From a candidate division WOR-3 bacterium (lineage in GTDB: Bacteria > Hydrothermota > UBA3072 > B12-G15), in the NCBI GenBank assembly GCA_965649055.1, contig CBFGJG010000013.1:1-41777 (forward strand): DNA of 41,777 nt. The letters run 5' to 3'. Position 1 is the first letter of the stretch. Each line of letters begins with the position of its first letter. A program made the position numbers and the translations under genes. This document shows, piece after piece, positions 31,055 to 39,312 of this stretch. Below the pieces are notes generated by a model, which was not told the DNA's origin, ran no database searches, and saw only the letters and a program-made list of their open reading frames with translations.

Positions 31055-32002
31055 ATGTCCAGACCTTTAAGAATTGAGTATCCAGGTGCATTCTATCATG
31101 TGGTAACGCATGGTAATGGAAGAATATGGTTGTTTAAAACGGATGCTGATTACAGGAAACTGCTTGATATTTGCGGTGAATATAGTATTAAATACAGGGT
31201 GAATGTCCATGCTTTTCTACTTATGAGAAATCACATACATCTTGTTGTAGAGACCCTGGAGCCAAATCTGAGCCAGTTTATGTGCCAGTTTCTAAGAGGA
31301 TATGCCATGTATTACAACAATAAGACAAACAGATGCGGGAGTGTATTTAAGACACATTATGGTGCATTTTTAATCCAGAAAGATAGGTATTACGAAAATG
31401 TTATTGGTTATGTTTATAATAATCCTGTAAAGGCAGGAATTGTAGAGAATCCATATGAATATAGATGGAGCAGTTTATATTATATTATGAATCCAGAAGC
31501 CTTGAAAGAAATTAGATGGTTTAGCCCTGAAATATCTTTATCCATTTTAGGTGGAATAGAAAGAATTAGGGATTTAATTTCTTCAAAAATACAAGATTTT
31601 CCTGTATTACACAATGTGTTTATAGGTGATAAAGAATGGGTTGATAATTTAATTAAGAAAGTTAAGGTTTATGAAGAAACAATTGGTTCTCAGAAGATAA
31701 AAAAATCCGTGATTTCTCCAGGTAATATAATTGAAATCGTTTCTAAACATTTTAATATCAGTAAAAGTAAGATTATAGAAGGAAAGAATAAAGACGCAAC
31801 AATGATTACTATATATTTAATGTCAAAATTTACTTCATTGAAGATGAAAGAAATAGGAAAGATTTTTAATTTGAGTGGATACACGGTTTCTCAGAGGCTC
31901 AAAAGATTTAAGGAAAATAAATTGAAAGACAGAGAAAAGATAATTGATCAGCTAACTCGGAATATAATAGAAAAATTAAAAATGTCAAATGTCAAGACCT
32001 GA
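31055..32002 (+). CDS. Y1/HUH transposase, REP-associated tyrosine transposase-like, with C-terminal DnaA domain IV-like HTH
   Basis: MSRPLRIEYPGAFYHV, LMRNHIHL (HUH), YVYNNPVKAG..YRWSS; C-terminal IIEIVSKHFNIS..IYLMSKFTSLKMKEIGKIFN..TVS. Confidence 0.88.
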   Translation: MSRPLRIEYPGAFYHVVTHGNGRIWLFKTDADYRKLLDICGEYSIKYRVNVHAFLLMRNHIHLVVETLEPNLSQFMCQFLRGYAMYYNNKTNRCGSVFKTHYGAFLIQKDRYYENVIGYVYNNPVKAGIVENPYEYRWSSLYYIMNPEALKEIRWFSPEISLSILGGIERIRDLISSKIQDFPVLHNVFIGDKEWVDNLIKKVKVYEETIGSQKIKKSVISPGNIIEIVSKHFNISKSKIIEGKNKDATMITIYLMSKFTSLKMKEIGKIFNLSGYTVSQRLKRFKENKLKDREKIIDQLTRNIIEKLKMSNVKT

Positions 32003-32006
32003 CACC
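31983..32006 (-). repeat. Right terminal inverted repeat
   Basis: TGTCAAATGTCAAGACCTGACACC, which contains the transposase stop codon. Confidence 0.95.
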
Positions 32007-33170
32007 ATGAAGGTGTGTTTCCTTACGCTTGGATGTAAGCTTAATCAGTATGATGCGGAAAGATTGAAAGAAATACATATTAAAAAAGGTGATATTATCG
32101 TTTCAATAGATGAAAAACCTGATATTATTTATGTTAATACCTGTTCTGTTACATCTCTTGCTGGACATCAGTCAAGGAATCTATTTAGAAGGGCTAAGAA
32201 GATAACGGATAAGGTTTTGGTCCTTGGATGCCATGCAAAACTCTTCCCAGAAGAATTTGATGGTGCAGAATTTTACAATTCAGAAGATAATGGAATAAAC
32301 GTATTCCAGGAAAGGATGAGGGCTTACCTTAAGATACAGGAGGGATGTAATAATTTCTGTTCATATTGTATTGTCCCTTATGCAAGGGGGGAAAATAGAA
32401 GTGTACCACCTGATAGGATTCTTGAAGAGTTAGAAAAAAAGATAGATTCTGGATACTGCGAAATTATTTTAACAGGAACACACATAGGAAATTATTACTA
32501 TGATGGTATTAAACTAAAAGATGTTGTTGAGATGATTCTAAAAAGGAAAGTGCATCTTAGGTTATCATCATTGAGTCCCTCTGAAATTGATGATAGTTTT
32601 ATCCATTTATTTGAATATGAAAATCTCGCCCCTCATATTCATATTTCACAGCAGAGTGGTGATAATAAAATCTTGAAACTTATGAGAAGAAAATACACAA
32701 GGGAAGATACTATAAAGATAGTTGAGAAAATAAGAAAGGTAAGAGAAGATGTAAATATAGGTGCTGATTTCATAGTAGGTTTTCCATACGAAGATGATAA
32801 TGCATTCCAGAATTCACTGAAACTTATAGAAGAGGCAAACTTTACCTATCTCCATATATTCAGGTATTCACCAAGACCTTTTACACTTGCAAAACTATTC
32901 GAAGATAATGTTTCTGATAAGAAGAAAATAGAAAGGTCAAAGGTAATGAAAGAATTTGGTGATAAAAATAATTATAGATTCAGAGAAAAAATGCTCGGGA
33001 AGGTTTACAAGGTCTTCCCTGTCAGAAAATTTGATAAACAGGATAAAATGTATTATGGATTTACTCCAAATTATATCAGGGTTCTTTTCAGTAAAGAGCC
33101 GTTCTATGAACCTACATATGTCAGAATAACAAAGATAACTATGGATAGGACTTATGGAGAGAAGGCGTAA
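32007..33170 (+). CDS. mtaB: tRNA t6A37 methylthiotransferase MtaB
   Basis: TLGCKLNQYD, NTCSVT, KIQEGCNNFCSYC and EIILTGTHIG. The family-typical N-terminus MKVCFLTLGC begins at ATG 32007. Confidence 0.88.
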   Translation: MKVCFLTLGCKLNQYDAERLKEIHIKKGDIIVSIDEKPDIIYVNTCSVTSLAGHQSRNLFRRAKKITDKVLVLGCHAKLFPEEFDGAEFYNSEDNGINVFQERMRAYLKIQEGCNNFCSYCIVPYARGENRSVPPDRILEELEKKIDSGYCEIILTGTHIGNYYYDGIKLKDVVEMILKRKVHLRLSSLSPSEIDDSFIHLFEYENLAPHIHISQQSGDNKILKLMRRKYTREDTIKIVEKIRKVREDVNIGADFIVGFPYEDDNAFQNSLKLIEEANFTYLHIFRYSPRPFTLAKLFEDNVSDKKKIERSKVMKEFGDKNNYRFREKMLGKVYKVFPVRKFDKQDKMYYGFTPNYIRVLFSKEPFYEPTYVRITKITMDRTYGEKA

Positions 33171-34413
33171 ATTCCATATTATAACATACGGTTGTCAGAT
33201 GAATGTTTATGATTCCGAAATCCTAAAAGAAATACTTGTTAATGATGGATATGAATATACAGAAGAAATAAACGATGCAGAAGTTATACTTATAAATGGT
33301 TGTTCAGTCAGAAAACATGCAGAGGAAAGGGCAATAGGAAGATTCCTGAACCTTAAAAAAAATGGTATAAAAATTGGATTTGTTGGATGCCTTGGGAAAA
33401 ATTTAAGGGATAAAGGCTTTGTTCTTGCGGATTTTCTTATTGGTCCGGATGAATACAGAAATGCTAAGAATATTATTGAAAATTCAGATTTTGAAATTTC
33501 TGAATTTGAAACATACGACGATATTATACCTGAACAGGAAGATGTTTCGGTCTATGTGGCAATTACAAGAGGATGTAATAATTTTTGTTCATACTGCATA
33601 GTTCCATATTTGCGAGGACCTTTGAGGGCAAGGCCTTATGAATCCATCTTGAATGAGGTAATAAAACTTAAAAATAATGGGGTTAAAGAGGTTATACTTG
33701 TTGGACAGAATGTTAATGAGTATAGATACGATTCTATTGATTTTTTAGGACTTTTAGGGATGGTTAAGGATACTGGTATTAAAATGATATCTTTCTTGAC
33801 ATCTCATCCAAAAGATGTAAACTTGGATATATTTAGATTGATGAAAGATAATGAAAACATTGTTAGATACCTGCATCTTCCAGTGCAATCAGGTTCTAAC
33901 AAAATTTTAAAATTTATGAATAGAGGTTATACAAAAGAGGAATATATTGAATCAATAATGAAAATAAGGGAAATTCTTCCTGATATAACTATTACAACAG
34001 ATATACTTGTTGGTTTCCCGGGTGAAGAAGAGAAGGATTTTATTGAGACGCTTGAAATGATACAAAAAATAAGGTTTGATTTTGCGTTTATGTTCAGGTA
34101 TTCAGCAAGGGATAAAACCCTTTCTTCTCTGATGGATGAAAAAATGGATGATAAAGAGAAAAAAAGGAGGTTAGAGGAAATAATAAAGACACAGTATAAA
34201 ATTACAAAAGACAAATCTTTAGCAATGATTGGTAATAATAGAAGATGTATAGTTATGAAAAAGGCAAAAAGAGGAGGTTTTCTCTGTAAAGATTTTACAG
34301 GTAAAAATATAATAGTTAAAGAAGATGTGAATATTGGTGACGAAGTAATTGTAAAAATAATAGATGTTAAGGGAAATACACTTATAGGAAAAATCCTTAA
34401 AAAGGAGGAATAA
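33154..34413 (+). CDS. miaB: tRNA i6A37 methylthiotransferase MiaB
   Basis: TYGCQMNVYDSE, CSVRKHAE, GCNNFCSYCIVPY, GQNVN and a TRAM-like tail. Confidence 0.88.
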   Translation: MERRRKFHIITYGCQMNVYDSEILKEILVNDGYEYTEEINDAEVILINGCSVRKHAEERAIGRFLNLKKNGIKIGFVGCLGKNLRDKGFVLADFLIGPDEYRNAKNIIENSDFEISEFETYDDIIPEQEDVSVYVAITRGCNNFCSYCIVPYLRGPLRARPYESILNEVIKLKNNGVKEVILVGQNVNEYRYDSIDFLGLLGMVKDTGIKMISFLTSHPKDVNLDIFRLMKDNENIVRYLHLPVQSGSNKILKFMNRGYTKEEYIESIMKIREILPDITITTDILVGFPGEEEKDFIETLEMIQKIRFDFAFMFRYSARDKTLSSLMDEKMDDKEKKRRLEEIIKTQYKITKDKSLAMIGNNRRCIVMKKAKRGGFLCKDFTGKNIIVKEDVNIGDEVIVKIIDVKGNTLIGKILKKEE

Positions 34414-34724
34414 TGGGTTTTGTTATTGTTTTATTATCCTGTTTTGCAATTCTTTTTTTGACTATCCTCGGTATACAGAATGGAAATACAATGACTGATG
34501 TTGTTATTTTCACAAGGTCTTTTAATGATATCCCTTTAACCCTTGTTATGATCGAAGCGTTTGCATTGGGTATTATAGTTACTATAATAATTGCAGGTAT
34601 AAATGAACTTAGGTTAAGACAGAGGCTATGGGATCTTGAAAAAAAGAACAAGGAACTTACAGAAGAAATAAAGGCATTGAGGAATGTCCCCTTAAATGAG
34701 ATCAAAAACGAAGGGGGAAAATGA
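34413..34724 (+). CDS. lapA: LapA-family membrane protein
   Basis: TM-QN-TM-coiled coil (ALRNVPL) directly upstream of a LapB-like gene. Confidence 0.75.
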   Translation: MGFVIVLLSCFAILFLTILGIQNGNTMTDVVIFTRSFNDIPLTLVMIEAFALGIIVTIIIAGINELRLRQRLWDLEKKNKELTEEIKALRNVPLNEIKNEGGK

Positions 34725-35845
34725 TGATATACACTATTGTTGTGACGTTCATAATAATATTTCTCTTGATTTTCTGGGTTGTCTATCAATCTACCAAGAT
34801 AAAGAAGGAAAAAGAAAAGATACCATTTGATTATATTAAAGGGCTTGAATATTATGCTTCAAACGACCTTGAGAATTCATTTAGGTATCTCAACATCGCA
34901 TGGGAAAAAGATGCTGAAAATATTTATGCTTATCTTAAGGTTGGTGATATTTTAAGGCTGAAAGGTAATGTTGATGCTGCAATAGGTGTTCATAAAAATA
35001 TATTAGTTAAGCCAAATCTTGATAAGGATTTAAAAATAAGGGTATTAAGAAGTCTTGCAGATGATTATCTTAAAAAAGGAATAAAGAAAGAAGCTATTGA
35101 ATGCCTTGAGAATGCTATTAAAGAAGGTGATAATTTAATAGAAACAAAGAAAAAATTAATTACACTTTATGAAGAAATAGAAGACTGGGAAATGGCATTT
35201 TCAACAGGTAAAGATTTTTATGAAGAAAAGGGGATTTTACCTGCTTATTCTTCATATATTGGTTTGAAACTTCTCGATAAAAAATCTTCAAAGGCATTCA
35301 ATTTTATTAAGACCGGTCTAAAGTCAAATATACCACTTGCACATTATGCTTTTTCACTTTATCTCTTCAATCTTGAGAAGGAGGATGAAGGTATAAAAGA
35401 GATGAAGAATCTTGTCCTTGAAAATCCAAGGTATTTTGAATTATGTATAGAACATCTTGAGCAGAAATCTTTCCAGAAAGGAAAGTTCAGTGAACTTGAA
35501 GAATTTTATAATGAAGTCCTTCAAAAAGATAAAGAAAATGTTTTTCTCATAGCAAAGTATGCTGAAATGATGGCTAAAAAGAAAGACAAAACAAAGACAA
35601 TGGATTTGCTTGAACTTCTAAAAGATGAAAAATTCTTCCCTGAGAATGTTATTACAAAGATAAAAATTCTTAGTATTATTGATTTCCCAAAGATAAGACA
35701 ATATATTGATGAATTAAATGAAATTTTAAACTATAAAAAAGTTTATAAATGTAAGGAGTGTGGATATGAAATTGAAAAATTTAGTTTTAAGTGCCCTTCC
35801 TGTTTTAATATTGATACTTTCTATAGGATGTGGAAACTTACCTGA
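34721..35845 (+). CDS. lapB: LapB-like TPR protein with rubredoxin-type C-terminus
   Basis: N-terminal TM, YIKGLEY, GDILRLKGNVDAAIGVHKNI and YKCKECG..CPSC. Confidence 0.8.
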   Translation: MMIYTIVVTFIIIFLLIFWVVYQSTKIKKEKEKIPFDYIKGLEYYASNDLENSFRYLNIAWEKDAENIYAYLKVGDILRLKGNVDAAIGVHKNILVKPNLDKDLKIRVLRSLADDYLKKGIKKEAIECLENAIKEGDNLIETKKKLITLYEEIEDWEMAFSTGKDFYEEKGILPAYSSYIGLKLLDKKSSKAFNFIKTGLKSNIPLAHYAFSLYLFNLEKEDEGIKEMKNLVLENPRYFELCIEHLEQKSFQKGKFSELEEFYNEVLQKDKENVFLIAKYAEMMAKKKDKTKTMDLLELLKDEKFFPENVITKIKILSIIDFPKIRQYIDELNEILNYKKVYKCKECGYEIEKFSFKCPSCFNIDTFYRMWKLT

Positions 35846-36224
35846 TTTACCTGAAGGTGTAATATCTGGTGTTGAAGAGATAAAAATATATGATTTCCAG
35901 CAATATGCCTTTTATTATCGTAATAATTATTATGGTTACATTGAATTTTATAAATATGCTTCAAGTGTGAGGATAAAAGCACCTTATGGAATATATGTGA
36001 GTTCTGTAGACCTTGATAGTGCACCTGAAGATACAGGTTCAATTTATTCTGGAAGTGCAGTTTTATTTGAATTTGGCAAATATTATTTCTTCAAGCCTGA
36101 TTCGAATATCTATGGAAAATTGGTAAAGATACAGGAAAATATAGCTGATACAATATCTTTAAGATTTGAGTATTTTATACAGACAGAAAAGGGTGTAAGG
36201 GAACTATGGCTTTTATTTTATTAA
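35766..36224 (+). CDS. Hypothetical lipoprotein
   Basis: MKLKNLVLSALPVLILILSIG-C lipobox. AAGGAG SD upstream of ATG 35766. Confidence 0.65.
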   Translation: MKLKNLVLSALPVLILILSIGCGNLPDLPEGVISGVEEIKIYDFQQYAFYYRNNYYGYIEFYKYASSVRIKAPYGIYVSSVDLDSAPEDTGSIYSGSAVLFEFGKYYFFKPDSNIYGKLVKIQENIADTISLRFEYFIQTEKGVRELWLLFY

Positions 36225-36784
36225 TCCTTTTTTCACAGGAAAAACCAAAATTTGTGTCTCAAGCTGATTCTCTGTTTTATTATGGAAGAAAACAGGAAGA
36301 CCCATTAAAAGCTATGGAATATTATAAAAAAATTATTTCAGAACATAACAAGACACCTTTCTCTGATAGTGCATTAATGAGGATTGCTCTTTTTAACTTT
36401 ATCCTTGGTGATTATAAAGGTGCAATTGACTATTTCAAAAAACTTTCCAAATCTAAATATGAAACTGTATCTGAATCAGCAAAATACTGGTTAAATTTAT
36501 GTTATATTTCAATAGGAGATTCTTCAAAGGTCGTAAAAGAAGATAAAAAAGAGAAAAGATACGTTTATTCTGTCCAGATAGGTGCTTTTAAGGAAGAAAA
36601 ATTTGCAATTGAATATATGAAAAAATTTAAAGATGAAGGCTTTGATGCTTATATTTTAAAAACTGATGAGCTTTTCAAGGTCTTTGTTGGTAAATTTATA
36701 GATAAAGAATCTGCACAAAAAGAACTTGGAAGGTTAAAAGAAAAAAATTACACAGGTTTCATTCAGTATATATGTCTACCCTGA
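36206..36784 (+). CDS. TPR + SPOR domain protein
   Basis: TPR pair followed by YSVQIGAFK..FKVFVGKF. Confidence 0.85.
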   Translation: MAFILLILFSQEKPKFVSQADSLFYYGRKQEDPLKAMEYYKKIISEHNKTPFSDSALMRIALFNFILGDYKGAIDYFKKLSKSKYETVSESAKYWLNLCYISIGDSSKVVKEDKKEKRYVYSVQIGAFKEEKFAIEYMKKFKDEGFDAYILKTDELFKVFVGKFIDKESAQKELGRLKEKNYTGFIQYICLP

Positions 36785-39312
36785 CACCACTTTTGAAACA
36801 ATACCATTCAATAAAAAGAAAATTCAATGACACAATCCTGCTTTTCAGGGTTGGTGATTTTTATGAAACATTCTATGATGATGCGGAGCTTTCTTCCAGG
36901 GTTTTGAATATAACTTTGACTTCAAGGAATCACGGGAAAAGTGAAAGAGTCCCACTTGCGGGTGTTCCTGTGAAGGCAGCAGAAACTTATATATCAAAAC
37001 TTGTTAAGGCTGGATATAAGGTTGCAATATGTGAGCAGCTTGAAGAACCACAAAAGGGTAAAAAGATAGTTGATAGAGATGTGATAGAGGTGATTACACC
37101 TGGAACTATAACATTACCATCATTACTTGATAAAAAAACAAATATCTACATTATGAGTGTTTATGGTGATAAAGGAAAATACGGAATTGCATTTGCTGAT
37201 ACATCAACAGGAGAATTCCAGACAGGTGTCTCTACTGAACCGATTGTAGATATACAGAGAATTAATCCCCAGGAATTAGTCTTAAAAAAAAATGAAGAGA
37301 TAGCAATTGATACACCTAAAAGTTTTATTGATGAAGATATTTTTAATCTTTCTTTTTGTGAAGAGATATTAAAAAAACATTTTAATGTTCATACAATAAA
37401 TTCATTAGGGCTTTACGAAGATGTTGAAATTATTGCAGCAGGCTCTCTTCTCTGGTATATAAGTGATACACAGAAGTCAAATCTTTCACACATAAAAAAA
37501 ATAATTCATTACTCCAATAATGATTTTATGTTCCTTGACAAATCTACGATAAGAAATCTTGAAATATTTAAGAAAATAGATGGTTCATATGAAGGTTCTT
37601 TTGTATCGGCAATTGATTATACAATAACACCTATGGGTGGAAGACTTCTGAAAAAATTTCTTCTTTTTCCGTTGAAAAATATTGATGAGATAAACAGCAG
37701 ACTGAAAAAAGTTCAGGAATTTTTTAATAACAGGAATATAATCTTTCAGTTAAGAAACAAATTGAAAGATATTCAGGATATAGAAAGGCTTTCTGGTAGA
37801 ATTGCAACGTCTAAGGCAAACCCAAGGGATGTTGTATCTCTTGCAACATCAATTAAGATTTTTAAGGAAATAAAAGATATGATAGAATCATCAAATATAG
37901 AAAGTGTTAAAAAGCAGATTGCAGGAATAGACGATTTATCATATATAGCAGATAAAATTAAAAAGATCATTATAGAAGCACCACCACTTTCAACAACAGA
38001 AGGAAATTTTATAAAAGAAGGAGTATCTTCTGAACTTGATGATTTAAGGAATATTAGTAAGAATGGTAAGAAATGGCTTTTCGATTTTGAAAAAAGAGAG
38101 AGAGAAAGAACAAAGATAAATTCATTAAAAGTTGGTTACAACAATGTGTTTGGATACTATATAGAAGTGACAAAACCCAATCTTCCTCTTGTCCCTGAGG
38201 ATTATATAAGAAAACAGACTTTAACAAATGCTGAGAGATTTATAACCCCTGAACTTAAAGAATTTGAAGATAAAATTCTTGGTGCAGAGGAAAAGATAAA
38301 AAAATTAGAAAATGAAATATTCTTTAATCTCAAAGAAGAACTGAAGAATTATTTGGATAAATTCCAGATTATTTCAGATGCTATCGCGAATATAGATATT
38401 TTTTCATCATTTGCACTCCTTGCAATTGAGAATGATTATATATGTCCTGTAATAAAAGATGAAAAAATAATAAAAATAAAGGATGGAAGGCATCCTGTTG
38501 TAGAAAAAATCCTTCCACCGGGTGATTACATCCCAAATTCAACTGATTTAAATGAAGAAGAAAGTATTCATATAATAACAGGTCCTAATATGGCTGGAAA
38601 ATCAACATATCTAAGACAGGTCGCACTTATTACATTGCTCGCACAGATAGGTTGTTTTGTTCCAGCAAAAGAGACAGAAATAGGAATAGTTGACAGAATA
38701 TTCACAAGAATAGGTGCATCGGATGACCTTTCAAGAGGTGTTTCAACTTTTCTTGCAGAGATGAATGAGACATCTGTTATATTGAACAATGTAACCGGAA
38801 GAAGCCTTGTTATCCTTGACGAGATTGGCAGGGGAACAAGCACTTATGACGGTCTTGCTATTGCCTGGTCTTGTGTTGAATATTTTGCTAAGATGAATGA
38901 TTCTCCTCTGGTTCTTTTTGCAACACACTATCATGAATTAACAGATATTGAATCTTATTATAAAAACATTGTTAATTATACTGTGGATATAAAAGAGACA
39001 GATAATGGAATAGTTTTCTTGAGAAAATTAAAGAAAGGAAAAGCAGATAGAAGTTATGGTATTGAGGTTGCAAAACTTGCAGGATTACCAGAAGTTGTTA
39101 TAAAGAGAGCAAAAGAGATACTACAGGACCTTGAAAAAGATGACAGGGTTATAAGCCATCATCCACCAAAGTATATGAGATTATCTCTTTTCAAGGATGA
39201 AAGGGATGTATTGATTGAAAGAATAAAAAAAATAGAACCTGAAAAAATAACACCAATTGAGGCACTGAATCTAATTGCTGAATTCAAAAAGATTATTAAA
39301 GGCAATGATTGA
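36772..39312 (+). CDS. mutS: DNA mismatch repair protein MutS
   Basis: GDFYETF, GRHPVVE, TGPNMAGKST, DEIGRGTST and ATHYHEL motifs. Confidence 0.98.
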   Translation: MSTLTPLLKQYHSIKRKFNDTILLFRVGDFYETFYDDAELSSRVLNITLTSRNHGKSERVPLAGVPVKAAETYISKLVKAGYKVAICEQLEEPQKGKKIVDRDVIEVITPGTITLPSLLDKKTNIYIMSVYGDKGKYGIAFADTSTGEFQTGVSTEPIVDIQRINPQELVLKKNEEIAIDTPKSFIDEDIFNLSFCEEILKKHFNVHTINSLGLYEDVEIIAAGSLLWYISDTQKSNLSHIKKIIHYSNNDFMFLDKSTIRNLEIFKKIDGSYEGSFVSAIDYTITPMGGRLLKKFLLFPLKNIDEINSRLKKVQEFFNNRNIIFQLRNKLKDIQDIERLSGRIATSKANPRDVVSLATSIKIFKEIKDMIESSNIESVKKQIAGIDDLSYIADKIKKIIIEAPPLSTTEGNFIKEGVSSELDDLRNISKNGKKWLFDFEKRERERTKINSLKVGYNNVFGYYIEVTKPNLPLVPEDYIRKQTLTNAERFITPELKEFEDKILGAEEKIKKLENEIFFNLKEELKNYLDKFQIISDAIANIDIFSSFALLAIENDYICPVIKDEKIIKIKDGRHPVVEKILPPGDYIPNSTDLNEEESIHIITGPNMAGKSTYLRQVALITLLAQIGCFVPAKETEIGIVDRIFTRIGASDDLSRGVSTFLAEMNETSVILNNVTGRSLVILDEIGRGTSTYDGLAIAWSCVEYFAKMNDSPLVLFATHYHELTDIESYYKNIVNYTVDIKETDNGIVFLRKLKKGKADRSYGIEVAKLAGLPEVVIKRAKEILQDLEKDDRVISHHPPKYMRLSLFKDERDVLIERIKKIEPEKITPIEALNLIAEFKKIIKGND

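Larger units (their letters stand above)
31010..32006 (+). mobile_element. 997-bp element: HUH (RAYT-like) transposase bounded by perfect 24-bp terminal inverted repeats
   Basis: GGTGTCAGGTCTTGACATTTGACA (31010-31033) and its exact reverse complement (31983-32006) enclose a single ORF. Confidence 0.85.
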
